Below are positions 40,331-51,973 of a stretch of 64,000 nt of DNA, one piece after another (positions within the stretch are counted from its first letter, which is position 1; each line of letters opens with the position of its first letter). The notes under the pieces are model-generated. The model worked only from the letters and a program-made list of their open reading frames with translations, was not told the DNA's origin and did not search any database. Origin of the DNA: Ignavibacteriales bacterium (GTDB lineage: Bacteria; Bacteroidota; Ignavibacteria; UBA10030; UBA6906); the NCBI GenBank assembly GCA_037441705.1, contig JBBIRR010000023.1, forward strand, positions 2,165 to 66,164, given 5' to 3'. The translations under genes were made by a program, and so were the position numbers.

Positions 40331-41914
40331 ATGTCCAAACAGAATCTTCGATCGCAAACGCTCACACGGGTCGGCATTGTTGCCGTCATCCTCATTCTGC
40401 TCAACATCGTTTCGGTGCGACTCTTCGGGCGTCTTGACCTGACCAAGAACAGCATCTACTCGCTCGCGGATGCAAGCAAGAATCTCGTCAAGAATCTCGA
40501 TGACCGCCTGACCATCAAAGCCTATTTCACCGAGGACCTTCCTGCCCCGTACAACAACGTCCGACGGACCGTCCTCGATCAACTGAACGAATACAAAGCC
40601 TACTCGCGCGGCAATCTCCAATTCGAGTTCATTGATCCGTCGGGAGAAAAAGGAGAGCAGGAAGCGCAGCAGCAGGGCATTCAGCCCGTGCAGGTTCAGG
40701 TGATCAATGAGGACAAGCTGGAGCTGAAGCGCGGGTACATGGGGTTGGTGCTGATGTACGAGGATCGGAAAGAAGTGATTCCCGTCGTGCAGAACATGTC
40801 GACGCTCGAGTACGACCTGAGCAGCACCATCAAGCGTTTGACGCACACGCAGAGGAAGAAGATCGGTCTGCTGACCGGGCAGGGTGAGGCGACGATGAAC
40901 GAGATTCAGCGCGCCTATCAGCATCTCTCCCGTCAGTACGATGTGCAGACGGTGGACGTGAGCAAGGGCCAACCGATTCCCGGCGACATTGCGGTGTTGA
41001 TTGTCATGGCGCCGAAGAATCCCTTCTCGGACATGGCGCGCTATCAGATCGATCAATACATCATGCGCGGAGGGAAGGTAGCCTTTCTGCTGAACAAAGT
41101 GGATGCGGATTTACAGCAACGGTTCGGCCGCGCGCTTGAGCTGAAACTCGAAGACATGCTCGAACACTACGGCTTACGCATCAATCCCGATTTGGTGCGC
41201 GATGCGCAATGCGCGCCCATCAGCATCGTGCAGCAGCAATACGGGTTCTCCATCCAGAGCCAGGTGCAGTTCCCGTACATCCCCATTGCCAGCGAGGTCA
41301 GCAAGGACAACATGATGGTGAAGAACCTCCAGGGTATTGTGCTGTTCTTCGTCAGCTCCATCGACACGACGAACCTGACCTCGAAGGGTTTGCAGGGGGA
41401 ATTCCTTCTCCACTCCTCCAAACAAAGCGGACGGCAGTCGCAGGTGTTCTACTTCGATCCGATGGCGCGCTACACCCGAGACATGTTTAGCGAGCAATAC
41501 ATCCCGCTCGCCGCCGTTGTGAGTGGAAAGTTCAAGAGCTTCTTTGCCGACAAGCCGGTGCCGCACGATACCAGCGGGGGAGTGACGGTGCCCTCGGGAA
41601 CGCCTCTCACCCAATCACCGGAGACGCGCCTGGTGCTTGTGGGTGATGGCGACTTCGCGAAAGATCAGTACCTGGGCGGGCGCGATAATCTTGCGTTCTT
41701 CGCCAACATGGTGGACTACCTTGCCGATGATGCAGGACTCATCACCATTCGCTCGAAGGACGTTTCGCCTCCACCGCTGGAGCAGGTGTCCGACGGCACC
41801 AAGAAAGTCTACAAGTATGCCAACATGCTTCTGCCGCCGCTGTTGGTCATGGGCTACGGACTGCTGCGGTGGCGGATCCGCAAGGCGCGCCGCAAAGCGT
41901 TGGAGATACAGTAG
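40331..41914 (+). CDS. GldG-like ABC-transporter auxiliary component
   Basis: ORF from GTG 40322; the ATG at 40331 lies 3 nt after the permease stop. It has N- and C-terminal TM anchors and DLTKNSIYSLADASKNLVKNLDDRLTIKAYFT, typical of the GldG family. Confidence 0.75.
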   Translation: MSKQNLRSQTLTRVGIVAVILILLNIVSVRLFGRLDLTKNSIYSLADASKNLVKNLDDRLTIKAYFTEDLPAPYNNVRRTVLDQLNEYKAYSRGNLQFEFIDPSGEKGEQEAQQQGIQPVQVQVINEDKLELKRGYMGLVLMYEDRKEVIPVVQNMSTLEYDLSSTIKRLTHTQRKKIGLLTGQGEATMNEIQRAYQHLSRQYDVQTVDVSKGQPIPGDIAVLIVMAPKNPFSDMARYQIDQYIMRGGKVAFLLNKVDADLQQRFGRALELKLEDMLEHYGLRINPDLVRDAQCAPISIVQQQYGFSIQSQVQFPYIPIASEVSKDNMMVKNLQGIVLFFVSSIDTTNLTSKGLQGEFLLHSSKQSGRQSQVFYFDPMARYTRDMFSEQYIPLAAVVSGKFKSFFADKPVPHDTSGGVTVPSGTPLTQSPETRLVLVGDGDFAKDQYLGGRDNLAFFANMVDYLADDAGLITIRSKDVSPPPLEQVSDGTKKVYKYANMLLPPLLVMGYGLLRWRIRKARRKALEIQ

Positions 41915-41965
41915 AACCGCGTCCTTCTTAATCCGAACTGACTTAGTCCGAACTGAGGAAGTACC

Positions 41966-42871
41966 ATGAAACGGAGTTTTCTGTACCTGATCGGTGTGAC
42001 AGTTCTTCTGGCCATTGCCGCCATCGTGGTAATGCAAAAGCCCGGCGAGCGCAGCCTGGAACAATCCGCAGGCGAGCCGCTGGTGAAGTACGATTCATCG
42101 GGCGTCGATAGGATCGAGATTCGCTCGAAGGATGGGAATGTTACACTCGTGCGTGAAGGCGGCAAGTGGATGCTGACCGCGCCCGTCCGCTATCCCGCCG
42201 ATGAGCAAGCGGTGACCACGGCAGTCGGCAAAGGGACGGCCATGAGAATCACGGCATTGGTGTCGACCAATCCTGCCAAGCGGAGCATCTACTCGGTGGA
42301 CTCCTCGGCGACGTTAGTGCACATCTACGCCAACAACAATCTCGTTGCGCAGTTCCGCGTCGGCAAACCGACCAACACCTGGACCGAGTCGTATGTGCGG
42401 CGCGAAGGGTCGGACGAGGTGTACTCCGTTGAAGGGCTTCTGAACACGACGTTTGCAAAATCCGTCAACGACTGGCGGAACAAGAGCATCTTCAAAGCGG
42501 ATCAGAGCACGATCACCGAAGTGAAGTTCCGGTTTGGCGACACCACCTTCGTGCTGGCGAAAAGGGACAGCATGAACTGGGTCATCGGGAAGGATTCCAC
42601 CATCAACACGAACGTCACGAGTTTCCTTTCAACACTTACCAACTTCCAGACCGACGAGTTCGTTGACTCCACCGTCGCGTCACTGCCGAAACTCACCGCA
42701 ACGATCGAGGTACAGGGCACGCAGATTCGCTTCTTCAAGCGAGACGACGGAAAGTACTACGTTCAAACTTCCGCCTCTCCGCAGCTGTTTATCGTGCAGG
42801 AGTGGCGGGCAGGACAACTGCTCAAACGGAAGCGAGACTTTGTGCCGGCAGGAGAGGTGAAGAAAGTGTAA
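41966..42871 (+). CDS. DUF4340-like protein (commonly follows gldG-like genes)
   Basis: 301 aa with an N-terminal TM anchor and IEIRSKDGNVTLVREGGKWMLTAPVRYPADEQAVTT. The family name comes from recollection of the W-x-L-x-x-P...AD pattern. Confidence 0.6.
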   Translation: MKRSFLYLIGVTVLLAIAAIVVMQKPGERSLEQSAGEPLVKYDSSGVDRIEIRSKDGNVTLVREGGKWMLTAPVRYPADEQAVTTAVGKGTAMRITALVSTNPAKRSIYSVDSSATLVHIYANNNLVAQFRVGKPTNTWTESYVRREGSDEVYSVEGLLNTTFAKSVNDWRNKSIFKADQSTITEVKFRFGDTTFVLAKRDSMNWVIGKDSTINTNVTSFLSTLTNFQTDEFVDSTVASLPKLTATIEVQGTQIRFFKRDDGKYYVQTSASPQLFIVQEWRAGQLLKRKRDFVPAGEVKKV

Positions 42872-42883
42872 CGGCGCGGCGCG

Positions 42884-43300
42884 CTATTTTCTCAGTTGCA
42901 GAACGAGCGTTACGGTTGCGCCTTTCTTACCCATCTCGAACTCGACCTTGTCCATCAGCGTGCGCATGAGGAAAATGCCGCGTCCGCTGGTACGCAGCAG
43001 GTTCTCATCGGCGAGCGGGTTTTCCACCTCCTCAAGCTTGAAGCCCTTCCCCTGATCGGTCACCGTGATCACCAGTTCGTTCGGCATGCAATGGCAGACG
43101 ACGACGACCTTCTTCTTCGCGTTCGTTTTGTTGCCGTGAATGATGGCGTTATTCACGGCCTCCGTGAGAGACACCATTAGCTTGTGGAACTGGATTTCGT
43201 CCAACGGAACCTTTGTTTTGATCTTGCGAAGAAAGCCTTCGACGCGGGTGACGGCATGGGGGGAGCTGGGGAGGGTCATGCGGATCGCTTTTGGTGTCAC
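42884..43300 (-). CDS. Anti-sigma-factor-type serine kinase (RsbW/SpoIIAB-like HATPase)
   Basis: 138 aa with N-box LTEAVNNAIIHGN, G1 DQGKGF and G2 GRGIFLM. The start is GTG 43300 or ATG 43279. Confidence 0.8.
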   Translation of the reverse strand: MTPKAIRMTLPSSPHAVTRVEGFLRKIKTKVPLDEIQFHKLMVSLTEAVNNAIIHGNKTNAKKKVVVVCHCMPNELVITVTDQGKGFKLEEVENPLADENLLRTSGRGIFLMRTLMDKVEFEMGKKGATVTLVLQLRK

Positions 43301-43310
43301 GGTGTCTCGT

Positions 43311-45254
43311 TCAAATAGTGAGGGTAACGGTGAATGTCATGTTTGCCAGCGATCGTGATCCGCCGCCTTCAAGGCGCCGCTGCTCATACCATCCCTTCAT
43401 GCTCACCTCGCTGGTCGGGTACGGACGCCACAGAATCCAGCACGTTGGTCCAAAGCTTCGAAGGAACGAATCGAGTTTGCGCACGTCGCCGGTGTAGCTG
43501 TACCGTGTTTGGCTGAAATATCGGACTCCGACGGCGAAGAGCACACCGTCGTCCGGCATGCAGCGCACCTGGACGGCGTAGGTTCTGTCGCTGAAGGAAT
43601 TTTCCCGGCGTTCCGAGAACTCGCTCCAGTTCAACTGTCCCCGCTCATATAACTTCAAATACACAAAAAAGTCAAGCCCGAGGCGATGGCTGACCTCGAT
43701 GGTTGTCGAATCAATCCATCCGAACTGGCGGTAGGAGAAGCTGCGCACCTGCGCGGCCTGCGCCTCGAAGTCGTACACCGTGTAGTTTGCCAGAACTTCG
43801 AATGTGTTCATGGAGGTCAAAAAGGAGAACGGCCTGTAAAGCGTGCGCGGAGCAAACCGTAAGACGCGATTGATATTGTTGTTCGCGCTTCGCTCACGCA
43901 ACAGGTACACGATGTGGCTCAGTGTGCCGTCGAGGGAAAATGAGAGATCGAGGTAGCGGCTGAGGCGGTGAGATGTGGAAAGCGAGAGAGCCACTAACAG
44001 CTCGTCGCGATCTTCGACGTTTGCGGCACTGGGCGTATCATAGCGGAGGATGCTTGCGGCGCCGGAAAGGGCAATCGTGTCCGATGATGAGACCGGCAAC
44101 TTCGCCGTGCCCGCGAGCGAGGTACGACGCGTGAGATTGTCTTTGGTCTGTTCCTGGTCCTGTGCCTGTCGTTCGGTCAGGGGTGGCTGTGTCGTGTCGC
44201 GCACGAAGCCGGTCGTGGGATTCTTCGCAAAGTGGCGCTCGTTTCGCTCGCTATAGGAAAATCGCGCGGAGGCGGCGAACCCGCTGCGCGGGTCGCGATA
44301 GAGAGCCTGGGCAAACGTTTCGAGACGGAACTCGTCGATGCCGTTGTTGTACTGCGCCGGTGCGGATGCAGAAGCGAGCACAGCGCGGTAATCTTTGTCC
44401 AGGGCACGATTGTAGACGTTCACGAAGAAGGACGTGAGGAACGATTCATCGAACTCATACTCCAGCAGGTTGCTGAACGTGAAGATGTTTTCGATGCGGC
44501 TTTCAAGCGCGCCGGCCTGCGAGGTGTAAAACTCCCGACGGCTGCGCGCAAAGCCTGCATCGAGACTGTCCCGTGTCCTTCCCAAAAACCACTTCTGAAA
44601 TCCGGCGCGGGCAAAATGCTGCTCGAGCACACGCGGATCGAGCCGATCTTGCTGGAACTGTGCGCTGCCGACGACGTTGTATCCGTCGAAGTCAATGGGG
44701 TTCGTGCGCGCGGCGATGTTGTAGCTCAGACCCCGATCTCGCACATCAATCTGGTTATCCCACCGGTGTCCAATCATGGGCATGATCGTGAACAGAGGAA
44801 CGGGCGTGTACTCGATGCCCGCGAGAATGGCATTCATGGAAGCCCTGCTGAGTCCTACGGCTTTCTTGTCCGAGTAGGTGAGAGACGACCATTGACCGGT
44901 CACGTTGAGGACGTCGGTGAGAGGGCGACTGATATCCAGCTTCAACCGCTGCTGCGTACTCTGCAGCCGTTGTTCGGGCGATGTCGGCGTGGCGTCAACA
45001 AGGATGATGTTGGACATCAGCAGCTCATCAATGCGGATGCGCTGGCCGAAGGCCGACGTATCAACACGCAGGTAGCCGATCCAGTTGAAGGTGTTGAGAT
45101 TGCGTTCGAAGAGCACACTTGCCGTGTTGCGGCGCAGCACCGTATCCACGGGACCGAACGGAGCATCCAAGGGTCGCGTCGGGTCTTGAGCGCTCGCTTG
45201 CCCGCCGGCGCAGAGAAGGAGAGCGGAGAAGAATATGAACCGTGTTCGTTCCAC
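43311..45254 (-). CDS. Putative outer-membrane beta-barrel protein of unknown function
   Basis: 647 aa starting at GTG, with signal peptide MERTRFIFFSALLLCAGGQASAQ. It has abundant alternating aromatic/polar strands and ends in an aromatic-rich C-terminus. I recognise no family. Confidence 0.6.
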   Translation of the reverse strand: MERTRFIFFSALLLCAGGQASAQDPTRPLDAPFGPVDTVLRRNTASVLFERNLNTFNWIGYLRVDTSAFGQRIRIDELLMSNIILVDATPTSPEQRLQSTQQRLKLDISRPLTDVLNVTGQWSSLTYSDKKAVGLSRASMNAILAGIEYTPVPLFTIMPMIGHRWDNQIDVRDRGLSYNIAARTNPIDFDGYNVVGSAQFQQDRLDPRVLEQHFARAGFQKWFLGRTRDSLDAGFARSRREFYTSQAGALESRIENIFTFSNLLEYEFDESFLTSFFVNVYNRALDKDYRAVLASASAPAQYNNGIDEFRLETFAQALYRDPRSGFAASARFSYSERNERHFAKNPTTGFVRDTTQPPLTERQAQDQEQTKDNLTRRTSLAGTAKLPVSSSDTIALSGAASILRYDTPSAANVEDRDELLVALSLSTSHRLSRYLDLSFSLDGTLSHIVYLLRERSANNNINRVLRFAPRTLYRPFSFLTSMNTFEVLANYTVYDFEAQAAQVRSFSYRQFGWIDSTTIEVSHRLGLDFFVYLKLYERGQLNWSEFSERRENSFSDRTYAVQVRCMPDDGVLFAVGVRYFSQTRYSYTGDVRKLDSFLRSFGPTCWILWRPYPTSEVSMKGWYEQRRLEGGGSRSLANMTFTVTLTI

Positions 45255-45266
45255 GTGCAGGCGTGG

Positions 45267-46673
45267 TTAGTCCAGTTGCACAACATCGCCGCGCGCCGGG
45301 ATGGAAACGCTGCCGAACCCGGCCTCCTTCATTCCCTCAGCAAGCTTTTCGGACTGGTCGAGATCGCCGTGAACCAGAAAGGACTGGCGCAACCGCTGCT
45401 TGTCAAACCTGCTCAGATAGGAAAGCAACTCGTTGCGGTCTGCGTGCCCGGAGAACGAGTTGAGTACCACGACTTCCGCCTTAAGCTCGTGCGGCTCGCC
45501 GAAGATGTTCACGACGGGTTCACGCATCACCAATCTCTTGCCGAGCGTATGTTCGGCCTGATAGCCGACGATAATCACCATGTTGCGCGGATCGCCGATG
45601 CTGTTGGCAAGATGGTGAAGAATACGGCCCGCTTCGCACATGCCCTGCGAAGAGATGACGATGAACGGGCTTTGCCGCTCGTTCAGCGCTTTCGAGTCTT
45701 CTACGTCACGAATGTACGTCAGCCGTTCGAAGCCGAACGGATCGTTGTCGTGGTCGGCGCTGATGATCTGCCACGTTTCCGCGTCGAAACATTCCGGATG
45801 ACGTTTGAAGACGTCGGTGACGTTCACCGACAGGGGACTGTCCACGAAGACAGGGAGGTGATCAATCTTGCCGGCAGTGCTGAGGCGATGGAGGACGTAC
45901 ACCAGCTCTTGCGTTCGCCCGACGCTGAAGGCCGGGATGATCATTTTCGCCTTGCGCTCACATCCGCGGCGCAGCGGTTCCAGCAGTTGGTCCTCCATGG
46001 CCGTTACCGGACCGTGGAGTCTTCCGCCGTATGTGCTTTCACTGATGAGATAATCGGCATCGCCGAGGAACACCGGATCGCGCAGGATCGGGAGGTTAGG
46101 TCTGCCAAGATCACCGGTGAACGCGAGGGTTACGCGCTTGCTCTTCTCTTGAAGCATGAGCGAAACCCCCGCGGACCCAAGGATGTGTCCTGCATCTTCG
46201 AACCGCGCGGTGATTCCCTCCGTCACGTCGAACTCGGTACTGTAGTCCACCCCCACAAACAACGGAATGGTTGCGTCGGCATCCTCCTGGGTGTAGAGCG
46301 GTTCAACGGGAGGCAGGTGTTTCTTCGCATGTTTCTTGTTCACAAACTCCGCGTCCTTCTCCTGAATGTGGGCGCTGTCCCGCAGCATCACCGCGCACAA
46401 ATCGGCAGTGGCCTTCGTGCAGTAGATGCGGCCGCGAAATCCTTGCTTCACAAGTCCCGGAAGATTGCCGCTGTGATCAATGTGTGCATGCGAGAGCACA
46501 ACGGCGTCGATGCGTTCGGGATTGAAGGGGAACGAACGGTTGCGCGCACGCGCTTCGTCTCGTTTGCCGTGATAGATGCCGCAGTCCAGCAGGATCGTTT
46601 TCCCGCCGACGCTCAGGATATGCATGGAGCCGGTGACGGTGCGTGCAGCGCCGTGAAAGTGAAGGTGTATCAT
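45267..46673 (-). CDS. MBL-fold beta-CASP family RNA-metabolising hydrolase
   Basis: N-terminus MIHLHFHGAARTVTGS, MBL motif HAHIDHSG and C-terminal SGHAD are typical of beta-CASP (CPSF/Ysh1-like) nucleases. Confidence 0.8.
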   Translation of the reverse strand: MIHLHFHGAARTVTGSMHILSVGGKTILLDCGIYHGKRDEARARNRSFPFNPERIDAVVLSHAHIDHSGNLPGLVKQGFRGRIYCTKATADLCAVMLRDSAHIQEKDAEFVNKKHAKKHLPPVEPLYTQEDADATIPLFVGVDYSTEFDVTEGITARFEDAGHILGSAGVSLMLQEKSKRVTLAFTGDLGRPNLPILRDPVFLGDADYLISESTYGGRLHGPVTAMEDQLLEPLRRGCERKAKMIIPAFSVGRTQELVYVLHRLSTAGKIDHLPVFVDSPLSVNVTDVFKRHPECFDAETWQIISADHDNDPFGFERLTYIRDVEDSKALNERQSPFIVISSQGMCEAGRILHHLANSIGDPRNMVIIVGYQAEHTLGKRLVMREPVVNIFGEPHELKAEVVVLNSFSGHADRNELLSYLSRFDKQRLRQSFLVHGDLDQSEKLAEGMKEAGFGSVSIPARGDVVQLD

Positions 46674-46688
46674 CAGAGGGTATGCGAC

Positions 46689-47639
46689 CTATCGCTTCGC
46701 CGCCTGGGGTTCCGCTTCCCGTTGATTCATTGCCGAAAAAATCTTGGCGACGGAGGAGACGACGCCCGCAACATCGGAAAGTGTGGAAGGAATAATCAGC
46801 GTGTTGTTCTTTTGGGCCAGCTTACCGAACTCACCGATGTAGGCTTCCGCGATGCGCAGGTTGACGGCGTCAATGCCGCCCTTCTCGTTGATTGCGTTGG
46901 CAATTTCGCGGATGCCCTTGGCGGTTGCCATAGCGACGCGCTCAATTTCTTGTGCCCGCCCTTCCGCTTCATTGATGCGCTTCATCTTCTCGCCTTCGGA
47001 TCGGGCGATGGCTTCCTGCTTGTCGCCTTCGGCACGATTGATCTTCGCTTGTTTTTCGCCTTCAGATTCTGCAATCAGGGCGCGCTTCTCGCGCTCGGCG
47101 CGCATCTGTTTCTCCATCGCATCCTTGATGCTGGCAGGAGGGATGATGTTTTTGATTTCGTGACGGGTCACTTTCAGGCCCCACGGCTCCGCCGCCTTGT
47201 CCAACGCGGCCACAATCTCCGAGTTGATCTTCTCACGCTCCTCGAACGTTCGGTCCAGATCAATCTTGCCGATCTCACTGCGCATCGTTGTCTGCGCGAG
47301 CTGGGTGGACGCAAAGACATAGTCGCTGATGCCGTACGACGCTTTGACGGGGTCGATGATTTGCATGTAGAGAATGCCGTCCACCTCTACGGCAATGTTG
47401 TCCTTGGTGATGCAGGATTGCGGCGGCACATCAATCACCATTTCCTTCAGCGTGTGCTTGTACGCGACGCGATCGATGAACGGAATGAGAATGTGAAATC
47501 CCGCCTCGAGCGTTGCATGATACTTGCCGAGGCGTTCCACGATAAACACCGTCTTCTGCGGCACGACCCGTGCCGAGCGCATGATAACGATGAAGGCGAA
47601 GAAGATCAGTCCGAGAATGATGACGCTGCCGACTTCCAT
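46689..47639 (-). CDS. SPFH/Band-7 (stomatin/QmcA-like) membrane scaffold protein
   Basis: It has an N-terminal TM and an SPFH core (VVPQKTVFIVERLGKY...TKDNIAVEVDGILYMQI). A coiled E/K/A-rich region follows. Confidence 0.9.
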   Translation of the reverse strand: MEVGSVIILGLIFFAFIVIMRSARVVPQKTVFIVERLGKYHATLEAGFHILIPFIDRVAYKHTLKEMVIDVPPQSCITKDNIAVEVDGILYMQIIDPVKASYGISDYVFASTQLAQTTMRSEIGKIDLDRTFEEREKINSEIVAALDKAAEPWGLKVTRHEIKNIIPPASIKDAMEKQMRAEREKRALIAESEGEKQAKINRAEGDKQEAIARSEGEKMKRINEAEGRAQEIERVAMATAKGIREIANAINEKGGIDAVNLRIAEAYIGEFGKLAQKNNTLIIPSTLSDVAGVVSSVAKIFSAMNQREAEPQAAKR

Positions 47640-47664
47640 GAGGATGCTCCAGAAAGTGGTTGGG

Positions 47665-48183
47665 TTAGGAGAGCGGTTTGACTTTCAGGGTCAGGTCTCG
47701 ACGTTCCAGAATTTCCACGGGCGTGCCCTTCTTGATTTCCTGATCGGCGGTGGCCTTCCAGTGCGTGCCGTGGAATTCCACCCTGCCCGCAAGCGTTCGC
47801 GGCACAATGTCTTCGACCACCAATGCCTGTTCGCCGCGCACGTCATCCAACGCTGCGACGTCCTCGAGTTTGCGTGAGACACGCCCCTGGAAGTATTGCT
47901 TCCCCTGCTTGCGAAAAAGAACAAGAGAGAGGATGGAAGAGACCAGAAAGATGAGAAGCTGGACGTTGAATGCATCGGCCATTCCGAGGAAGACGCCGAG
48001 CGCCGTTATCCACGCGCCGATGCCGAAGAAGATGATGACGAAACCGGGCAGCGCCAGCTCGCTCAGAATCAGCACGAGGCCGAGCAGGAACCAGAGAAGC
48101 TCCGCGGGCAAGCCTTCAACCATGAGCAGAAGCAGCGCCATCATTGTCATTCGGAACGTGGTTGGTTGGAAGCGAGCGACCAC
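47665..48183 (-). CDS. NfeD family membrane protein
   Basis: It has hydrophobic N-terminal helices and a C-terminal OB-like domain (GEQALVVEDI...GRVEFHGTHWKATADQEIKKGTPVEI). It lies directly upstream of the SPFH gene, the classic pairing. The start is GTG 48183 or ATG 48150. Confidence 0.85.
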   Translation of the reverse strand: MVARFQPTTFRMTMMALLLLMVEGLPAELLWFLLGLVLILSELALPGFVIIFFGIGAWITALGVFLGMADAFNVQLLIFLVSSILSLVLFRKQGKQYFQGRVSRKLEDVAALDDVRGEQALVVEDIVPRTLAGRVEFHGTHWKATADQEIKKGTPVEILERRDLTLKVKPLS

Positions 48184-48247
48184 CCGGCGCCTCGGTGCTG
48201 CCGCCGCCGACGGCCTGCAGCGGAGCGGCGGTGTGTCTCGCGCGCGG

Positions 48248-48577
48248 TCAATGTTTTGCCGCCGAGCGGGCTTCGTGGATCTCGAACACGCGGTCGAGCA
48301 TGGAGATCTTGATCAGGTTGTGCACGTTCTTGTGCACGTTGCGCAGCACAACTTTGCCGCCGTGTTCCTTCATCTTCCGTTCGGCAATGAGCAGTGCGCT
48401 CAGTCCGCTGCTGTCGCAGAACTCCACGTCATGCAAATCCACGTTCAGCGTCTCCACCTTCGGTTTGCAGAGGATGAGAAACTCCCCTTTCAGCTCCGGC
48501 GAGATCGTGGAATCCAGCTTGCGCTCCTTCAGGCGCAGCGTGACGGAGTTACCGTTCTTTTCCACTTGAAAGTTCAT
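48248..48577 (-). CDS. STAS-domain anti-sigma-factor antagonist-like protein
   Basis: ORF 48248..48739. The ATG at 48577 is preceded by GGAGGTGG. The sequence MNFQVEKNGNSVTLRL...VDLHDVEFCDSSGLSALL retains the DSSG phospho-serine motif. Confidence 0.85.
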   Translation of the reverse strand: MNFQVEKNGNSVTLRLKERKLDSTISPELKGEFLILCKPKVETLNVDLHDVEFCDSSGLSALLIAERKMKEHGGKVVLRNVHKNVHNLIKISMLDRVFEIHEARSAAKH

Positions 48578-48608
48578 AACGCCACCTCCGTTCTGTCGCA
48601 GGTCGCTT

Positions 48609-51178
<2,570 letters not shown>

Positions 51179-51973
51179 CTATTGAAGCGACGAACGGTCG
51201 AAGCGAACGTTGCGCGTGACGAATCCGCGGCGCACAGGAATACTCACCGGTTTGTTGTTGAGTGTAAATGTGACTGCCGCTGGGTTGCCAATCACCACCA
51301 ACAAAAAGCTGTTCTTTGCCTTCCATTGTCGGGAGGTCTTCGGATAGAGGAAATGCTCCGTCATGATCGTATCGTCCAACGCAATCTGCATCCAGACGCT
51401 GTCGGTTGTTGTCGCAACAAGCGTAAGGCTGTCGGGAGCCGTTCTCGATGCGGCGCCCACCGGAACCATCAGGGTTGTGTCTGTTCGTTCCTGCATTTCC
51501 CGTATCACCTCACGAAAGGGCAGTTCCTTCACCTCGCGCATCGGTTCTTTTTCGAGAACACTCCAGAGCACGACGTCGAGCAGAACGAGAACGACGATCG
51601 CGATCGAAATCTTCCAGATGATCGGCATTTGGTCCAGAAGCGATGCGCGCGCCGGAGACGGTTGCCGGACTGTCTCCGGCTGCGGCGCGGCGCCGATGCT
51701 CGGTTCCTTCTCTGCGCCCGTGGCGCTTTGCTCCAACCACTGATCGTATCGCTGCAATGTCTCCGCCGGATCGAGGCCGATGGCGGCGGCATATTCACGA
51801 ATGAACGCGCGGACGTACGCCTGCGGCAGCGACTGAACCTCACCCTGCTCGAGGGCCTCTAACATCTTCATGTTGATGAGTGTCTGGTCGGAGATTTCTT
51901 CGAGGGGAAGGCCGCTTGCTTCCCGCGCGTGCTTCAGGTAGGAGAAAAACGAATCCATAACCTCGCGAGACAT
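51179..51973 (-). CDS. RodZ-like helix-turn-helix / DUF4115 membrane protein
   Basis: The N-terminal HTH region, a central TM (IWKISIAIVVLVLLDVVLW) and a C-terminal beta domain (DSVWMQIALDD...VVIGNPAAVTFTLNNKPV) match RodZ architecture. Confidence 0.7.
   Translation of the reverse strand: MSREVMDSFFSYLKHAREASGLPLEEISDQTLINMKMLEALEQGEVQSLPQAYVRAFIREYAAAIGLDPAETLQRYDQWLEQSATGAEKEPSIGAAPQPETVRQPSPARASLLDQMPIIWKISIAIVVLVLLDVVLWSVLEKEPMREVKELPFREVIREMQERTDTTLMVPVGAASRTAPDSLTLVATTTDSVWMQIALDDTIMTEHFLYPKTSRQWKAKNSFLLVVIGNPAAVTFTLNNKPVSIPVRRGFVTRNVRFDRSSLQ

Noticed and set aside
44232-47681. A 1149-aa ORF on the plus strand spanning three minus-strand genes and their intergenic gaps.
   Set aside because: - Its triplet phase coincides with the codon phase of all three genes (43311-45254, 45267-46673, 46689-47639 share the same phase modulo 3). 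Antisense stops would therefore require sense TTA/CTA/TCA codons, which this GC-rich coding avoids.
- The ORF ends 17 nt after entering the NfeD gene, which is in a different phase.
- Its composition (R/V/H/D/G-rich, low complexity) is typical of antisense translation.
- The sense genes have unmistakable motifs (beta-CASP, SPFH).
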